From: Candidatus Firestoneibacteriota bacterium
Lineage (GTDB): Bacteria > Oederibacteriota > D2-FULL-39-29 > JBBTED01
Direction of reading: 5' to 3'
Length of the DNA: 32,710 nucleotides
Assembly (NCBI GenBank): GCA_038042445.1
Contig: JBBTED010000011.1
Coordinates: 1 to 32,710, forward strand
A program made the position numbers and the translations under genes. The notes under the pieces are model-generated. The model did no database searches. It was not told where the DNA came from and saw only the letters and a program-made list of their open reading frames with translations. Positions 1 to 9,807 of this stretch are shown in pieces; positions within the stretch are counted from its first letter, which is position 1; every line of letters starts with the position of its first letter.

Positions 1-7
1 AGTGAAA

Positions 8-36
8 ATTATAACCTCATCAAAGAGTTAAATCAA
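8..36 (-). promoter_or_regulatory. Putative sigma70 promoter reading out of the left edge of the window
   Basis: Minus strand reads TTGATT-17 bp-TATAAT; AT-rich background makes chance matches possible. Confidence 0.5.
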
Positions 37-91
37 GAAAAAGATAATTATGAACATTATAGTATAAATTTACAACTTTCTATTCCCACTG

Positions 92-1207
92 TCAACAAAG
101 TTTATGAATAATTATTTTGACTATTTTAGAAGCGGCTTTACCATCTCCATAAGGATTGATTTTACAAGACATTTTTTTATATTTTGCTTTAAAACTCAGA
201 AGTTTTATTGTTTCTTTTACTATATTATTTATATTATCACCTACAATTTTTACTGTGCCAGATTGAACAGCTTCAGGACGTTCAGTGATTTTTCGTAAAA
301 CAAGTACAGGCTTGCCAAGTGATGGAGCCTCCTCCTGAATACCACCTGAATCAGTTAAGATTAAATAAGCTCTATTCATTAAATGGACAAATGGCTGATA
401 TTCTAACGGGTCAATTAAATGAATTTTAGATTCATTCTTTAATATATTCTGCACAGTACCTCTCACAATAGGATTATAGTGAACAGGAAATATTACTTCT
501 GCATCTTTGGAACTTGAAACAATAATTTTTAAGGCTTTACAGATATTTTGAAGTGGCATACCCCAATTTTCCCGCCTGTGAACTGTAACTAAAATTGTTT
601 TCTTTTTGCTAAAATCAAATTTTTTGAGAAATGGAATATCAAATTCATATTTTTGTTTAAGTGTCATAAAAAGCGCATCTATTACTGTATTTCCTGTAAT
701 ATAAATTTTATTCTTTGGCACATTTTCTTTTAACAAATTATTATATGCCAACACAGTAGGAGCAAAATGCAAATCTGCAATTGCAGTTACCAATTTTCTA
801 TTGATTTCTTCAGGATACGGATTAAATTTATCATAAGTTCTAAGTCCTGCCTCTATATGGCCAATATTTACTTTGTGATAAAAAGCAGACAAAGCAGCCG
901 AAAAAGCAGTTGTTGTATCTCCCTGAACCAACATAATATCAGGCTTTTCCTTTTCAATTATTCTATCCAGTTTCTGTAAAATTAAAGTAGTTATTTGCGA
1001 CAGATTTTGTTTTTTCTTCATTATATTAAGATCATAATCCGTAGTTATATTAAAAACTTTAAGCACCTGATCAAGCATCTGCCTATGCTGAGCTGTAACA
1101 ACTTTTATAACCCTAATTTTTTGTGTGTTTTTTTCTAATTCCTTAATTACCGGAACTAATTTTATTGCTTCAGGCCGTGTACCAAAAACCACCATTACTT
1201 TTTTCAT
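92..1207 (-). CDS. wecB: UDP-N-acetylglucosamine 2-epimerase (non-hydrolysing)
   Basis: Motifs GTRPEAIK, QGDTTT, HIEAGLR, PEEINR, TDSGGIQEEAP, NPYGDG. Confidence 0.96.
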   Translation of the reverse strand: MKKVMVVFGTRPEAIKLVPVIKELEKNTQKIRVIKVVTAQHRQMLDQVLKVFNITTDYDLNIMKKKQNLSQITTLILQKLDRIIEKEKPDIMLVQGDTTTAFSAALSAFYHKVNIGHIEAGLRTYDKFNPYPEEINRKLVTAIADLHFAPTVLAYNNLLKENVPKNKIYITGNTVIDALFMTLKQKYEFDIPFLKKFDFSKKKTILVTVHRRENWGMPLQNICKALKIIVSSSKDAEVIFPVHYNPIVRGTVQNILKNESKIHLIDPLEYQPFVHLMNRAYLILTDSGGIQEEAPSLGKPVLVLRKITERPEAVQSGTVKIVGDNINNIVKETIKLLSFKAKYKKMSCKINPYGDGKAASKIVKIIIHKLC

Positions 1208-1288
1208 AATTTTTTAACTATGGTTTGTATTTTTTCACCAAATCATAATTTTTTTTACTATGGTTTATGATGCTTCACCAAATCATAA
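1204..1288. repeat. Imperfect tandem repeat, period about 40 bp, about 2 copies, overlapping the wecB start
   Basis: ctatggttt at 1218 and 1258; ttcaccaaatcataa at 1234 and 1274. Confidence 0.8.
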
Positions 1289-1299
1289 AATTTATTTTA

Positions 1300-1385
1300 T
1301 GTAGTTGCTGATTTATCAGCGATTTTTAAAACAATCGTCTTATATTTTTCAAAGAAACCACAACGCCGATAAATCGGCAACTACA
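1300..1385. repeat. REP-like doublet, family A (GTAG foot)
   Basis: tgtagttgctgatttatcagc ... gccgataaatcggcaactaca in inverted orientation; same unit recurs at 13523, 15945 and 22262. Confidence 0.9.
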
Positions 1386-1395
1386 TCACTTATTA

Positions 1396-2688
1396 TTATT
1401 TTGGCTGTGTTATTACAATAGCAGGTTTTGAAAAATACTTATTAATAACACTTTTTATATTTTCATTTGTTACAGTTTTTATTTTAATAGGATATTGTTC
1501 ATCATAAGAATAACCACAACCTAACAATTCAAACCATCCTAAATACCATGCCTGTTTTATGTTCTTTTGATGTTCTAAAGCAAAATTACCAATTATAGAA
1601 TTTTTAGCTCTTTCAAGTTCATCATCCAAAATTTCATCTGTTTTTAATCTCTCAAATTCCTTTAAGATTCCTTCTTTGGCTTTATTTATATTCTCCTTAC
1701 CAGTACCTATATAACCTGCAAAAAAACTATCATAATATCGTGATGGAAAGAAAGAACCTACTTCATACGCCAAACTTTGTTTTTCTCGAAGTTCTTTAAA
1801 TAATCTTGAACTCATACCTGAACCCAAAATACCATTTACCACTTTAAGTGCTGGATAGTCATCATTTCTAACATTAATTGCATTATATCCTATAATTAAC
1901 ATCGCCTGTTTGATTTCTTTTTCAAATGACTTTTCCTGTCTGACATCTGCTAATACAACTGATTTTAATTCTAAAAACGATACATCCTTTTTTTTAAGAT
2001 TCCCAAATTTATTTTTTATTTGATTTAATAAATCCACTTCTTCTATTTTTCCAACTGATGAAATTACTATATTATTAGGCACATAAAATCTCTTATACCA
2101 GTTTAATATATCTTCTCTTTTTATTTTTTTTATTGATTCTATAGTACCTATTGCAGAAAATTTATATGGATGAACACCATACAATTCTTGCTTGAAACGT
2201 TTAAATGTAAACTCAAAAGTACTGTCATCCAAGGATTTAATACGTGAAATAGCATTATTTTTTTCTTTTTCTATTTCATCTATAGGAAAACTTGGATTTA
2301 AAACTACATCTGCAAAAATATCAAATGCCTGTTTAAAATATTTTTTTGTTGCCATCAATGAAATCTCAGCATAGTCCTCTGTAACAGCAACATCTAAATC
2401 TGCACCTATTGACTCTAATTCATTTGCAATAGAAAGAGCATTTCGTGTCAACGTCCCCTTAAGCAATAAATTCTGTGTAAGACTTGTTATTCCATTGTTT
2501 TCTTCATTTTCAAAAACTGAACCTGTTTTTACAAAAAGAACAAGACCTATAATATCATTTGCAGTATTTTCTTTTAAAATAACAGTTAAACCATTTGGAA
2601 GTATACACCTATCAATTTGAGCATAAATATTATGGCTTGCACTAAAAAACAGTAAAAAACAAATTATGTAAAGAATTTTCTTAATCAT
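1396..2688 (-). CDS. M16 (pitrilysin/insulinase) family peptidase, probably non-catalytic subunit, with signal peptide
   Basis: LPNGL start, SSRLF..LREK..LAY motif; the HXXEH position reads SLTQN. Confidence 0.88.
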   Translation of the reverse strand: MIKKILYIICFLLFFSASHNIYAQIDRCILPNGLTVILKENTANDIIGLVLFVKTGSVFENEENNGITSLTQNLLLKGTLTRNALSIANELESIGADLDVAVTEDYAEISLMATKKYFKQAFDIFADVVLNPSFPIDEIEKEKNNAISRIKSLDDSTFEFTFKRFKQELYGVHPYKFSAIGTIESIKKIKREDILNWYKRFYVPNNIVISSVGKIEEVDLLNQIKNKFGNLKKKDVSFLELKSVVLADVRQEKSFEKEIKQAMLIIGYNAINVRNDDYPALKVVNGILGSGMSSRLFKELREKQSLAYEVGSFFPSRYYDSFFAGYIGTGKENINKAKEGILKEFERLKTDEILDDELERAKNSIIGNFALEHQKNIKQAWYLGWFELLGCGYSYDEQYPIKIKTVTNENIKSVINKYFSKPAIVITQPK

Positions 2689-4048
2689 TTTTAGGAGTAA
2701 TTGCTATAGTAGTATATGAATTTGAATTCAAATATTTTTTCACTACAGTTTTTATATCATCAGCAGAAATTTTGGTTATTTTTTCTAAATAACCAAGTTC
2801 ATACGTATAACTTAGAAGCACTTCTGAATATCCAAGTGAAAACGCCTGATTCTCATTAGTTTCATTACTAAAAACATAAGAAGTCTCGATCAAAGTTTTA
2901 GCTTTATTAAGCTCTACCTCTGTTACTAATTTATCCTGAAGTTTTTTTATCTCCCGCAAAATAGCAGATTCACAAACCGAAATATTTTTCTCATCAAGCA
3001 TTGCATAAACCATAAACATTCCACCATCTTTCATAGTATGGTAACTTACTCCGATATCCGAACATAATTTTTCTTTTTCCTTTATTTCAGTATAAAACCT
3101 TGAACTTCTACCATTACCTAAAATAGTAGCTAAAACATCCATAGCATAATTATCAGAATTTTTTATGTCCGGCGCCTGCCATCCTATGATATAATACGTT
3201 TGTTTAACATCTTTTTTTAGTGCTTCACGTTTTATATCCGTATTTGCAACCAATGGAACTGGTATACTCGTTTTCGTTTCTGCTGAAATTTTTCCCCGTG
3301 TAAAATCATTGAACGCAGATTCTATCTTCTTTTTCATTTCACTTACCTTAAAATCGCCAACAGCAACTATTACTAAATTTTTAGGAATATAATATTTTTT
3401 ATAATAAGCAAGTATATCTTCTCTTTTTAGATTTAAAAGTGATTTTTCAGTACCTATAACAGTACGAAAATATGGATGTGAACCCCATAAATTTGAATTA
3501 AAAATATTATATAAATATGCATTTGGATTGTCATTTTGCCTGTTTGCCTCTTCTATTACAACTTTACGTTCTTTTTCTAATTCTGTTGCCTCAAAAATAG
3601 GATTTTTAACTATATCTGCTAATCCGTCAATAGCCAAATCAATAAACTCACTTGCCACTACAAGATGATAATTAGTAAAGTCTTTTGATGTTGAACCATT
3701 TAATCTTCCACCTAAGGATGATATTTCTTCATCAAATTTACCAGGTCCCCGCTTTTGGGTACCTTTAAATAATAAATGTTCAATAAAATGAGAAATACCA
3801 TTATTTTCTTCTGATTCAGAGCTTGCTCCAACTTTCACCCAAACTTGCAGAGCTATATTTTTTGTCCCGGGATTTTCTTTGAGTATAACACTCATTCCAT
3901 TTGGCAATTTTTCGCAAAATACATCACCTGCAAAAGCAATATTGCAAATTGCAAATTGCAAAATTAAAAGTGTAAAAGTATATATTTTGAGATCCTTCAC
4001 TTTGTTCAGGATGACTCTTAGAGTCAATTTAAAATTTTGGCTTTGCAC
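2681..4048 (-). CDS. M16 family zinc peptidase, catalytic subunit, with signal peptide; start may be GTG 4048 or GTG 4000
   Basis: GISHFIEHLLFKGT (HXXEH), ERKVVIEE, SSRFY; overlaps the paralog start by 8 nt. Confidence 0.9.
   Translation of the reverse strand: MQSQNFKLTLRVILNKVKDLKIYTFTLLILQFAICNIAFAGDVFCEKLPNGMSVILKENPGTKNIALQVWVKVGASSESEENNGISHFIEHLLFKGTQKRGPGKFDEEISSLGGRLNGSTSKDFTNYHLVVASEFIDLAIDGLADIVKNPIFEATELEKERKVVIEEANRQNDNPNAYLYNIFNSNLWGSHPYFRTVIGTEKSLLNLKREDILAYYKKYYIPKNLVIVAVGDFKVSEMKKKIESAFNDFTRGKISAETKTSIPVPLVANTDIKREALKKDVKQTYYIIGWQAPDIKNSDNYAMDVLATILGNGRSSRFYTEIKEKEKLCSDIGVSYHTMKDGGMFMVYAMLDEKNISVCESAILREIKKLQDKLVTEVELNKAKTLIETSYVFSNETNENQAFSLGYSEVLLSYTYELGYLEKITKISADDIKTVVKKYLNSNSYTTIAITPKND
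3989..4015. repeat. REP-like unit, family H (GTCA foot), inside the 5' end of the M16 gene
   Basis: Minus strand gtcatcctgaacaaagtgaaggatctc, translated VILNKVKDL; related unit at 11647. Confidence 0.75.
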
Positions 4049-4056
4049 TTTTCGTT

Positions 4057-4674
4057 TTACCTTTTTAGCTTTAATAATCCAATTATTTCTTCTGCAAATT
4101 TCAATGATGCCTGTGGTCCATTTCCAGTAACTATTCTATCATATACCACTACATCTTTTGGAATATAATTTGCCTTAACTTTTTTAAGTTCAGCAATATA
4201 TTCATCTGCTTCAAATACTGTAGCATCTTTACCTGTAATTACACCTGCTTTTGCTAAAACAACAGGTGAAGCACAAATTGCACAAACAAGCTTTCCTTCT
4301 TCCTGCATTTTTCTCAAAAGCAAGTGCAATTCTTTATTTTCCCATAAATATTCTTTAGAACCAGAACCACCAACTATAACTATCGCATCATAATCACTAG
4401 ATTGGACATCTTTAATTAAAATATCAACATTAACATTTGCACCAAATTTTCCTATAGCAACACCTAAAGATGTACTTGCTATAGTAATTTTACCACCTGC
4501 TTTTATAAATGTATCTTTTGGAATATTCAATTCTTCATCTCTGAAATTTTTTGGGGCTATCACCATAACGATTTTTTTACCTGTTAGACTTAATCCAGAC
4601 ATAGCATTTTCCCCCTTTGCATACACAATATTTATAACAAGTAACCCAAGAAACAACAATTTAATAGTTTTCAT
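4057..4674 (-). CDS. DJ-1/PfpI family protein with signal-peptide-like N-terminus
   Basis: FRDEEL, YDAIVIVGG, AICASP nucleophile elbow, IVTGNGP. Confidence 0.92.
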   Translation of the reverse strand: MKTIKLLFLGLLVINIVYAKGENAMSGLSLTGKKIVMVIAPKNFRDEELNIPKDTFIKAGGKITIASTSLGVAIGKFGANVNVDILIKDVQSSDYDAIVIVGGSGSKEYLWENKELHLLLRKMQEEGKLVCAICASPVVLAKAGVITGKDATVFEADEYIAELKKVKANYIPKDVVVYDRIVTGNGPQASLKFAEEIIGLLKLKR

Positions 4675-4682
4675 AAATTCTA

Positions 4683-5402
4683 TTACATTATCATATAAAC
4701 AAAATATTCTCTGTTGCCCTTAGGCCCTAATAATGAACATGGCATAGTTCCAATTATTTCAAATCCTAATGTTTTTGCAAAATCAACTATTTTATTAACA
4801 ACTGCTTTTTGTAATTTTTCATCTTTCACAACTCCACCTTCTGCTTTGCCTTTATCCACCTCAAACTGAGGCTTTATAAGTGCCAAAACTTCTCCATTTT
4901 TTTTAAGTATAGTTTTCACTACCGGCAAAATTTTTTCCAATGATATAAATGACACATCAATTGTGCTTATATCAAATTTTTCTAGAAACTTGTCGCAAGA
5001 TAAATATCTTGCATTCGTTTTTTCCAAAACTACTACTTGTGGATTATTTCTTAATTTCCAGTGTAATTGCCCATACCCAACATCAACTGCCCAAACTTTG
5101 TTTGCTCCATATCCAAGCAAACAATCAACAAAACCACCTGTTGAAGAACCAATATCTATAGCAATTTTACCGGAAATTGAAATTTTAAATTTTTCTAATG
5201 CCTCTTTTAATTTTATTCCACCACGGCTCACATAAAGTTCAGTAGAATTTTTATAACCAATTTTTACATCTGAACTAACAGGATATCCTGATTTGGTAAC
5301 TTTCTTGTCATCAACATAAATTAGCCCTGCCATTATAGCAGCAGATGCAGAACTCAAAGTATCAAATATTGATTTTTCTACTAAAAATTTATCCAGTCGC
5401 AT
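4683..5402 (-). CDS. tlyA: TlyA family rRNA 2'-O-methyltransferase (start taken at MRLDKFL)
   Basis: S4 domain start MRLD, YVSRGGIKL, DIGSSTGGF, DVSFISL, LIKPQFE, GPKGNRE; follows dxs as in the conserved cluster. Confidence 0.95.
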   Translation of the reverse strand: MRLDKFLVEKSIFDTLSSASAAIMAGLIYVDDKKVTKSGYPVSSDVKIGYKNSTELYVSRGGIKLKEALEKFKISISGKIAIDIGSSTGGFVDCLLGYGANKVWAVDVGYGQLHWKLRNNPQVVVLEKTNARYLSCDKFLEKFDISTIDVSFISLEKILPVVKTILKKNGEVLALIKPQFEVDKGKAEGGVVKDEKLQKAVVNKIVDFAKTLGFEIIGTMPCSLLGPKGNREYFVYMIM

Positions 5403-7263
5403 TCGCAAACTGTAATACCTGTTCAAATATACCTTTGGATGTTAAATTGTATTTTTCAAGTAATAATTCACGTTTTCCATGTTCCGGAAATTCATCTGGC
5501 AAACCTAATCTTAAAAGTTTTACATTATCCAGTTTTTCATCTGCTAACACTTCTAATACTGCACTTCCAAAGCCACCCTCTAAAACATTTTCTTCAACAG
5601 TTATTATTTTTTTTATAGATTTACCTATATTTATTATTGTGTTTCTGTCTATTGGTTTCAAAAATCGCATATTTACAAGTAAAACTGAAATATTCTTCTC
5701 TTCAAGCAACTTGCAAGATTCTAAAGCAGGAGAAACCATTGAACCTATAGATAAAATAGCTAAATCTTTACCTTCACACAAATGTTCTGCCTTCCCAATT
5801 TCAAGTTTACTCTTATGTTTAAGCTTTATAATTTTTGCTTTTGGATACCTAATAGCAACTGGCGTGTTCAAAACAAATGCGAGTTCAAGCATTTTTTTTA
5901 GTTCCTGTTCATCCGAAGGAGCCATTACTATTATATTAGGAATATGCCTTAAATAAGAGAAATCAAAAATCCCCTGATGCGTTGCCCCATCATCAGGAAC
6001 AATACCTGCTCTATCAAGCACAAAAATTACAGGCAAATTCTGAATGCATACGTCATGGACAATCTGATCATAAGCTCTTTGCAAAAATGTAGAATATATT
6101 GTCACAACAGGTTTATAACCATTTACTGCCAAACCTGCTGCAAAAGTAACAGCATGCTCCTCAGCCATTCCTACATCAAAAAATCTGTCTGGAAAATTTT
6201 TAGCAAACAATGCAAGGCCTGTGCCTTCAGCCATAGATGCTGTTATAGCAAGTATTTTTTTGTCCTTTTCAGCCAGACTAACTAATTCTTCAGCAAAAAT
6301 CTTTGTGTATGTTTTTGATTTATCTTCTGACTTTGGCTTGCCTGTTTTAATATTAAAAGGCGCTGTCCCATGATAAAAAACAGGGTTTTCTTCTGCAGGC
6401 TTATATCCTTTTCCTTTTTTTGTTATAATATGAACAAGAAGCGGACCTTTCATACTTTTTATACTTTTAAATGTCTCAACAAGATATTTAATGTTATGTC
6501 CCTCTATTGGTCCCACATAAGTAAACCCCAGTTCTTCAAATATAATACCAGGAGCTATCAAACCTTTAATACTTTCTTCAGCAAGTCTTGCAACACGTGT
6601 AATACCCGGACCAATTTTAGGAAATTTTTTCAGTATAATATTTTTAACATCCAATTTAGCTTTTCTAAAAAACTCTCCTGTAATTATTTTATTCAGATAA
6701 ACAGACAATGCTCCAACATTAGGAGATATAGCCATTTCATTATCATTTAATACAATTATCAAATCTTTGCCACAATGACCTGCATGATTCAAAGCTTCAA
6801 ACGCCATTCCTCCTGATAAAGATGCATCACCAACTACAGCTAAAACTTTATAATTATCACCTGATAAATCGCGTGCCATCGCCATTCCTAAAGCAGAAGA
6901 TATAGAAGTACTTGCATGACCTGTGTTAAACACATCATAAATATTTTCTTCCCTTCTTGGAAATCCTGAAATACCGCCAAATTGCCTTAATGTCCCAAAT
7001 CTATCTTTCCTGCCTGTCAAAAGCTTATGCGTATAACACTGATGACCAACATCCCATATTAATTTATCCTTAGGGCAATTAAATACATAATGCAAAGCTA
7101 CTGTTAATTCAACAACTCCCAAATTTGGCGCAAGATGTCCCCCTGTATTTGAAACTGTATGAATTATTTCTTCTCTTATCTCCTGAGCAAGAGAAGTCAA
7201 TTCATCAACATTCAAAAATTTCAAATCATCCGGACTGTTGATTTCATCTAATAATTTTGTCAT
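5389..7263 (-). CDS. dxs: 1-deoxy-D-xylulose-5-phosphate synthase
   Basis: GGHLAPNLG, WDVGHQ, GHASTSIS, GDAS..GMAFEALN, YSTFLQRAYDQ, DRAG. Confidence 0.97.
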   Translation of the reverse strand: MTKLLDEINSPDDLKFLNVDELTSLAQEIREEIIHTVSNTGGHLAPNLGVVELTVALHYVFNCPKDKLIWDVGHQCYTHKLLTGRKDRFGTLRQFGGISGFPRREENIYDVFNTGHASTSISSALGMAMARDLSGDNYKVLAVVGDASLSGGMAFEALNHAGHCGKDLIIVLNDNEMAISPNVGALSVYLNKIITGEFFRKAKLDVKNIILKKFPKIGPGITRVARLAEESIKGLIAPGIIFEELGFTYVGPIEGHNIKYLVETFKSIKSMKGPLLVHIITKKGKGYKPAEENPVFYHGTAPFNIKTGKPKSEDKSKTYTKIFAEELVSLAEKDKKILAITASMAEGTGLALFAKNFPDRFFDVGMAEEHAVTFAAGLAVNGYKPVVTIYSTFLQRAYDQIVHDVCIQNLPVIFVLDRAGIVPDDGATHQGIFDFSYLRHIPNIIVMAPSDEQELKKMLELAFVLNTPVAIRYPKAKIIKLKHKSKLEIGKAEHLCEGKDLAILSIGSMVSPALESCKLLEEKNISVLLVNMRFLKPIDRNTIINIGKSIKKIITVEENVLEGGFGSAVLEVLADEKLDNVKLLRLGLPDEFPEHGKRELLLEKYNLTSKGIFEQVLQFANATG

Positions 7264-7282
7264 ATATTATTTTCTTTGTAGT

Positions 7283-7352
7283 GGTAGTCGCAAGCTTTAG
7301 CTTGCGGTATTGTTTTTCACCGTTTTTTCGCAGGCTAAAGCCTGCGACTACC
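7283..7352. repeat. REP-like doublet, family D (GTAG foot)
   Basis: ggtagtcgcaagctttagcttgcg ... cgcaggctaaagcctgcgactacc; the two arms differ by compensatory changes. Confidence 0.9.
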
Positions 7353-7384
7353 TTTGCAACACAGTCTGAATAACACCTTCGACG

Positions 7385-8275
7385 TCATCTGTCTCGGCTT
7401 AAAACAAAATCTGCCAATGCAACCAGCACTTTAGCACGATTCCCAAAGATTTTAAGACTTGCCTTTGCTTTTTCTATCAATTCTATTGCTTGCTGTTTAG
7501 AATCTTTAAGCCCTAAAACTGATGGATAAGTTGCTTTTTTCTTTTTAATATCACTACCGAGTTTTTTGCCTAATTTTTTTTCATCTCCTGTTATATCAAG
7601 AATATCATCTATTATCTGAAAAGCCAAACCAAAATATTCAGCATATAAAGACAAAGCTTTTATTTCTTTCTCTGATGCATTAGCTAAAATCGCTCCTGAT
7701 TTAATTGAAGCGCAAATTAAAGCAGCTGTTTTATGTGTATGTATATATTGTAAAGTTGGAATATCTATTTCTTTATTTTCAGATTGCATATCAACTACTT
7801 GACCTCCTATCATACCACCAACACCTGCAGCAAAGGAAATCTCTCTTATAGCACGTATCAAATTTTCTTTACTGACTCCATCCGCTTTATAATTATTTGT
7901 TATTAAAAAAAATGCGTATGTTAAAAGTGCGTCACCTGCTAATGTTGCTATTGCTTCTCCATAAACTTTATGTGATGTAAGCTGTCCCCTTCTATAATCA
8001 TCATCATCCATACAAGGCAAATCGTCATGAATTAAAGAATATGAATGAATAAGTTCCATAGCACAAGCTGTAGGAAGAATGTGTTTTATCTTTTTTGTAA
8101 ATATCTGAGTACTTGCCAAAACCAGTATTGGTCTTAATCTCTTACCGCCTGCAAAAACACTATATCGTATTGCCTGATGAATTTTTTGCGGGAACTCTTT
8201 TTCAGATGGCAAAAATTTATCCAATGCTTTATCTATTATTTTTTTTTGTGATTTTAAATATTTCTCTATATCCAT
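7385..8275 (-). CDS. ispA: Polyprenyl (farnesyl/geranylgeranyl) diphosphate synthase
   Basis: GGKRLRP, HDDLPCMDDDDYRRG, FQIIDDILD, KATYP. Confidence 0.95.
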   Translation of the reverse strand: MDIEKYLKSQKKIIDKALDKFLPSEKEFPQKIHQAIRYSVFAGGKRLRPILVLASTQIFTKKIKHILPTACAMELIHSYSLIHDDLPCMDDDDYRRGQLTSHKVYGEAIATLAGDALLTYAFFLITNNYKADGVSKENLIRAIREISFAAGVGGMIGGQVVDMQSENKEIDIPTLQYIHTHKTAALICASIKSGAILANASEKEIKALSLYAEYFGLAFQIIDDILDITGDEKKLGKKLGSDIKKKKATYPSVLGLKDSKQQAIELIEKAKASLKIFGNRAKVLVALADFVLSRDR

Positions 8276-8278
8276 AGG

Positions 8279-8536
8279 CTAAAAGAGTGTGCTATTATTA
8301 TTTTTCCCTTGTTCTTTTTCTTCAAAAGGAACTGTAGTAAATTTGCCATTTTTATCTTTTACTAAAAGCTCTACTTTTTTCTCTACTTCCTCAAGCTTCT
8401 GAAAACAGACTTTAGTAAGCCTAACTCCTTCTTCAAATAATTTCAGTGATTCATCAAGCGGCAAATTACCATCTTCTAATTTTGAAACTATTTCTTCCAA
8501 TCTTTTCAACCCATCTTCAAATTTTAACTCTGCCAT
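8279..8536 (-). CDS. xseB: Exodeoxyribonuclease VII small subunit
   Basis: FE..L..LEEIV..LE.G.LPL.ESL..FEEG; GGAGG RBS; upstream of ispA. Confidence 0.95.
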   Translation of the reverse strand: MAELKFEDGLKRLEEIVSKLEDGNLPLDESLKLFEEGVRLTKVCFQKLEEVEKKVELLVKDKNGKFTTVPFEEKEQGKNNNSTLF

Positions 8537-8564
8537 ATTAAAACCTCCTAATCACTCTCCGTTT

Positions 8565-8623
8565 TGTCATACTGAATTTACTTCAACATCTCTTTTAGAC
8601 CCTGAAACAAGTTCAGGGTGACA
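8565..8623. repeat. REP-like doublet, family E (TGTCA foot)
   Basis: tgtcatactgaatttacttcaacatct ... agaccctgaaacaagttcagggtgaca; left arm degenerate. Confidence 0.8.
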
Positions 8624-8689
8624 ATATTCTTTCATACTACTTTTGACAGCACCTCAAATTATACATCAAAATTTACCAAATACAACCAT

Positions 8690-9802
8690 TTATCGTGAAG
8701 ATTTGGCTTTTTCCCATGTTATATATCTTTTTCCTATAAACATATCCCAGACACCAAGAGAAGCAGCCATATTTACAGCACAGAAATAATAAGGAATACG
8801 TAGTTTTAAAAATGCCAAAAAATAGAACACGATTTGCAATACAAAAATAACAGAGTAAAAAACAGATGACAGAAGAAAAATATTTGCTATAAAAATTAAA
8901 AACAGAAAATAACTTATTAGCCACCTTAAAAATTTGTGCGATGTCAATTGCCACAAAACAAACACAGGAAGTTTGTAGAAAATTCTTGTGTATGCAAGAG
9001 AATCTCTTGCAGCTATTCTTCTTTTCCTATTAAATTCTTCTTTTAATATTGTAGATGTTTTCTCATACGCTATTGCATCTTCTTCATATATAACTTTATA
9101 TCCCTTAGCTAAAATTGAAAGCGGCATTGTAAAATCATCGGCAAGATCAATATCAACAGATTGATATAATTCCCTGCGAATTGCATAAATAGTTCCAGCA
9201 CCCATTAAAAGCGACCCCTGTTGGCTTTCTAATTTTTTTATCACATTTTCATATTTCCAATACAAACCCTCACCCTTACTAACTCCAGTCTCATCTACAT
9301 TTGTAAGCTTTAGATTTCCACATACACAACCTACATTTTTATCCTCAAATCTGCTTGTCAATTTTTTAATTGCATTTCTGTCATACACAGAATTTGCATC
9401 AGAAAAAATAATTATGTCAGTTTTAATCTCTGGAAAAACAGAATTTAATGCAGAAGTTTTTCCACCTCTTTCTTTTATTGCAAATAATTTTATACCTTTA
9501 CCCTCATAAGATTTAACAATTTTTTCTGTATTATCTGTAGAAGCATCTGATATTATAATTATCTCTAATTTATTTTTAGGATAATCCAAAGCTAAAGAAT
9601 TTTTTAGTTTATTTTCAATATTTTTTTCTTCATTATATGCCACAATAAGCAAAGACACATTAGGCAAAAAATCATTATTTGATGATATTTTCTTATCTGC
9701 ATAACTTTTTTTGAATATACCAATTAAAAAAAGTATACAGGGATACCCCAAGTAAACATACAAAACCACACCCAAACTCACCCAAAATACAATTTTAGCC
9801 AT
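8690..9802 (-). CDS. Glycosyltransferase family 2 (PgaC/IcaA-like), membrane-bound
   Basis: AYNEE, SDASTD, FSDAN, ADDF, flanking hydrophobic segments. Confidence 0.9.
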   Translation of the reverse strand: MAKIVFWVSLGVVLYVYLGYPCILFLIGIFKKSYADKKISSNNDFLPNVSLLIVAYNEEKNIENKLKNSLALDYPKNKLEIIIISDASTDNTEKIVKSYEGKGIKLFAIKERGGKTSALNSVFPEIKTDIIIFSDANSVYDRNAIKKLTSRFEDKNVGCVCGNLKLTNVDETGVSKGEGLYWKYENVIKKLESQQGSLLMGAGTIYAIRRELYQSVDIDLADDFTMPLSILAKGYKVIYEEDAIAYEKTSTILKEEFNRKRRIAARDSLAYTRIFYKLPVFVLWQLTSHKFLRWLISYFLFLIFIANIFLLSSVFYSVIFVLQIVFYFLAFLKLRIPYYFCAVNMAASLGVWDMFIGKRYITWEKAKSSR

Positions 9803-9807
9803 AATAT

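Noticed and set aside
7353..8656. Short motifs tttgcaacacagtct (7353) and acttttgacagcacctc (about 8639) that resemble IS/MITE ends
   Set aside because: No partner end or second copy in the window, so they cannot be supported
8673..8954. 93-aa minus-strand ORF overlapping the GT2 3' end
   Set aside because: Alternative frame of a real gene; GT2 frame is continuous
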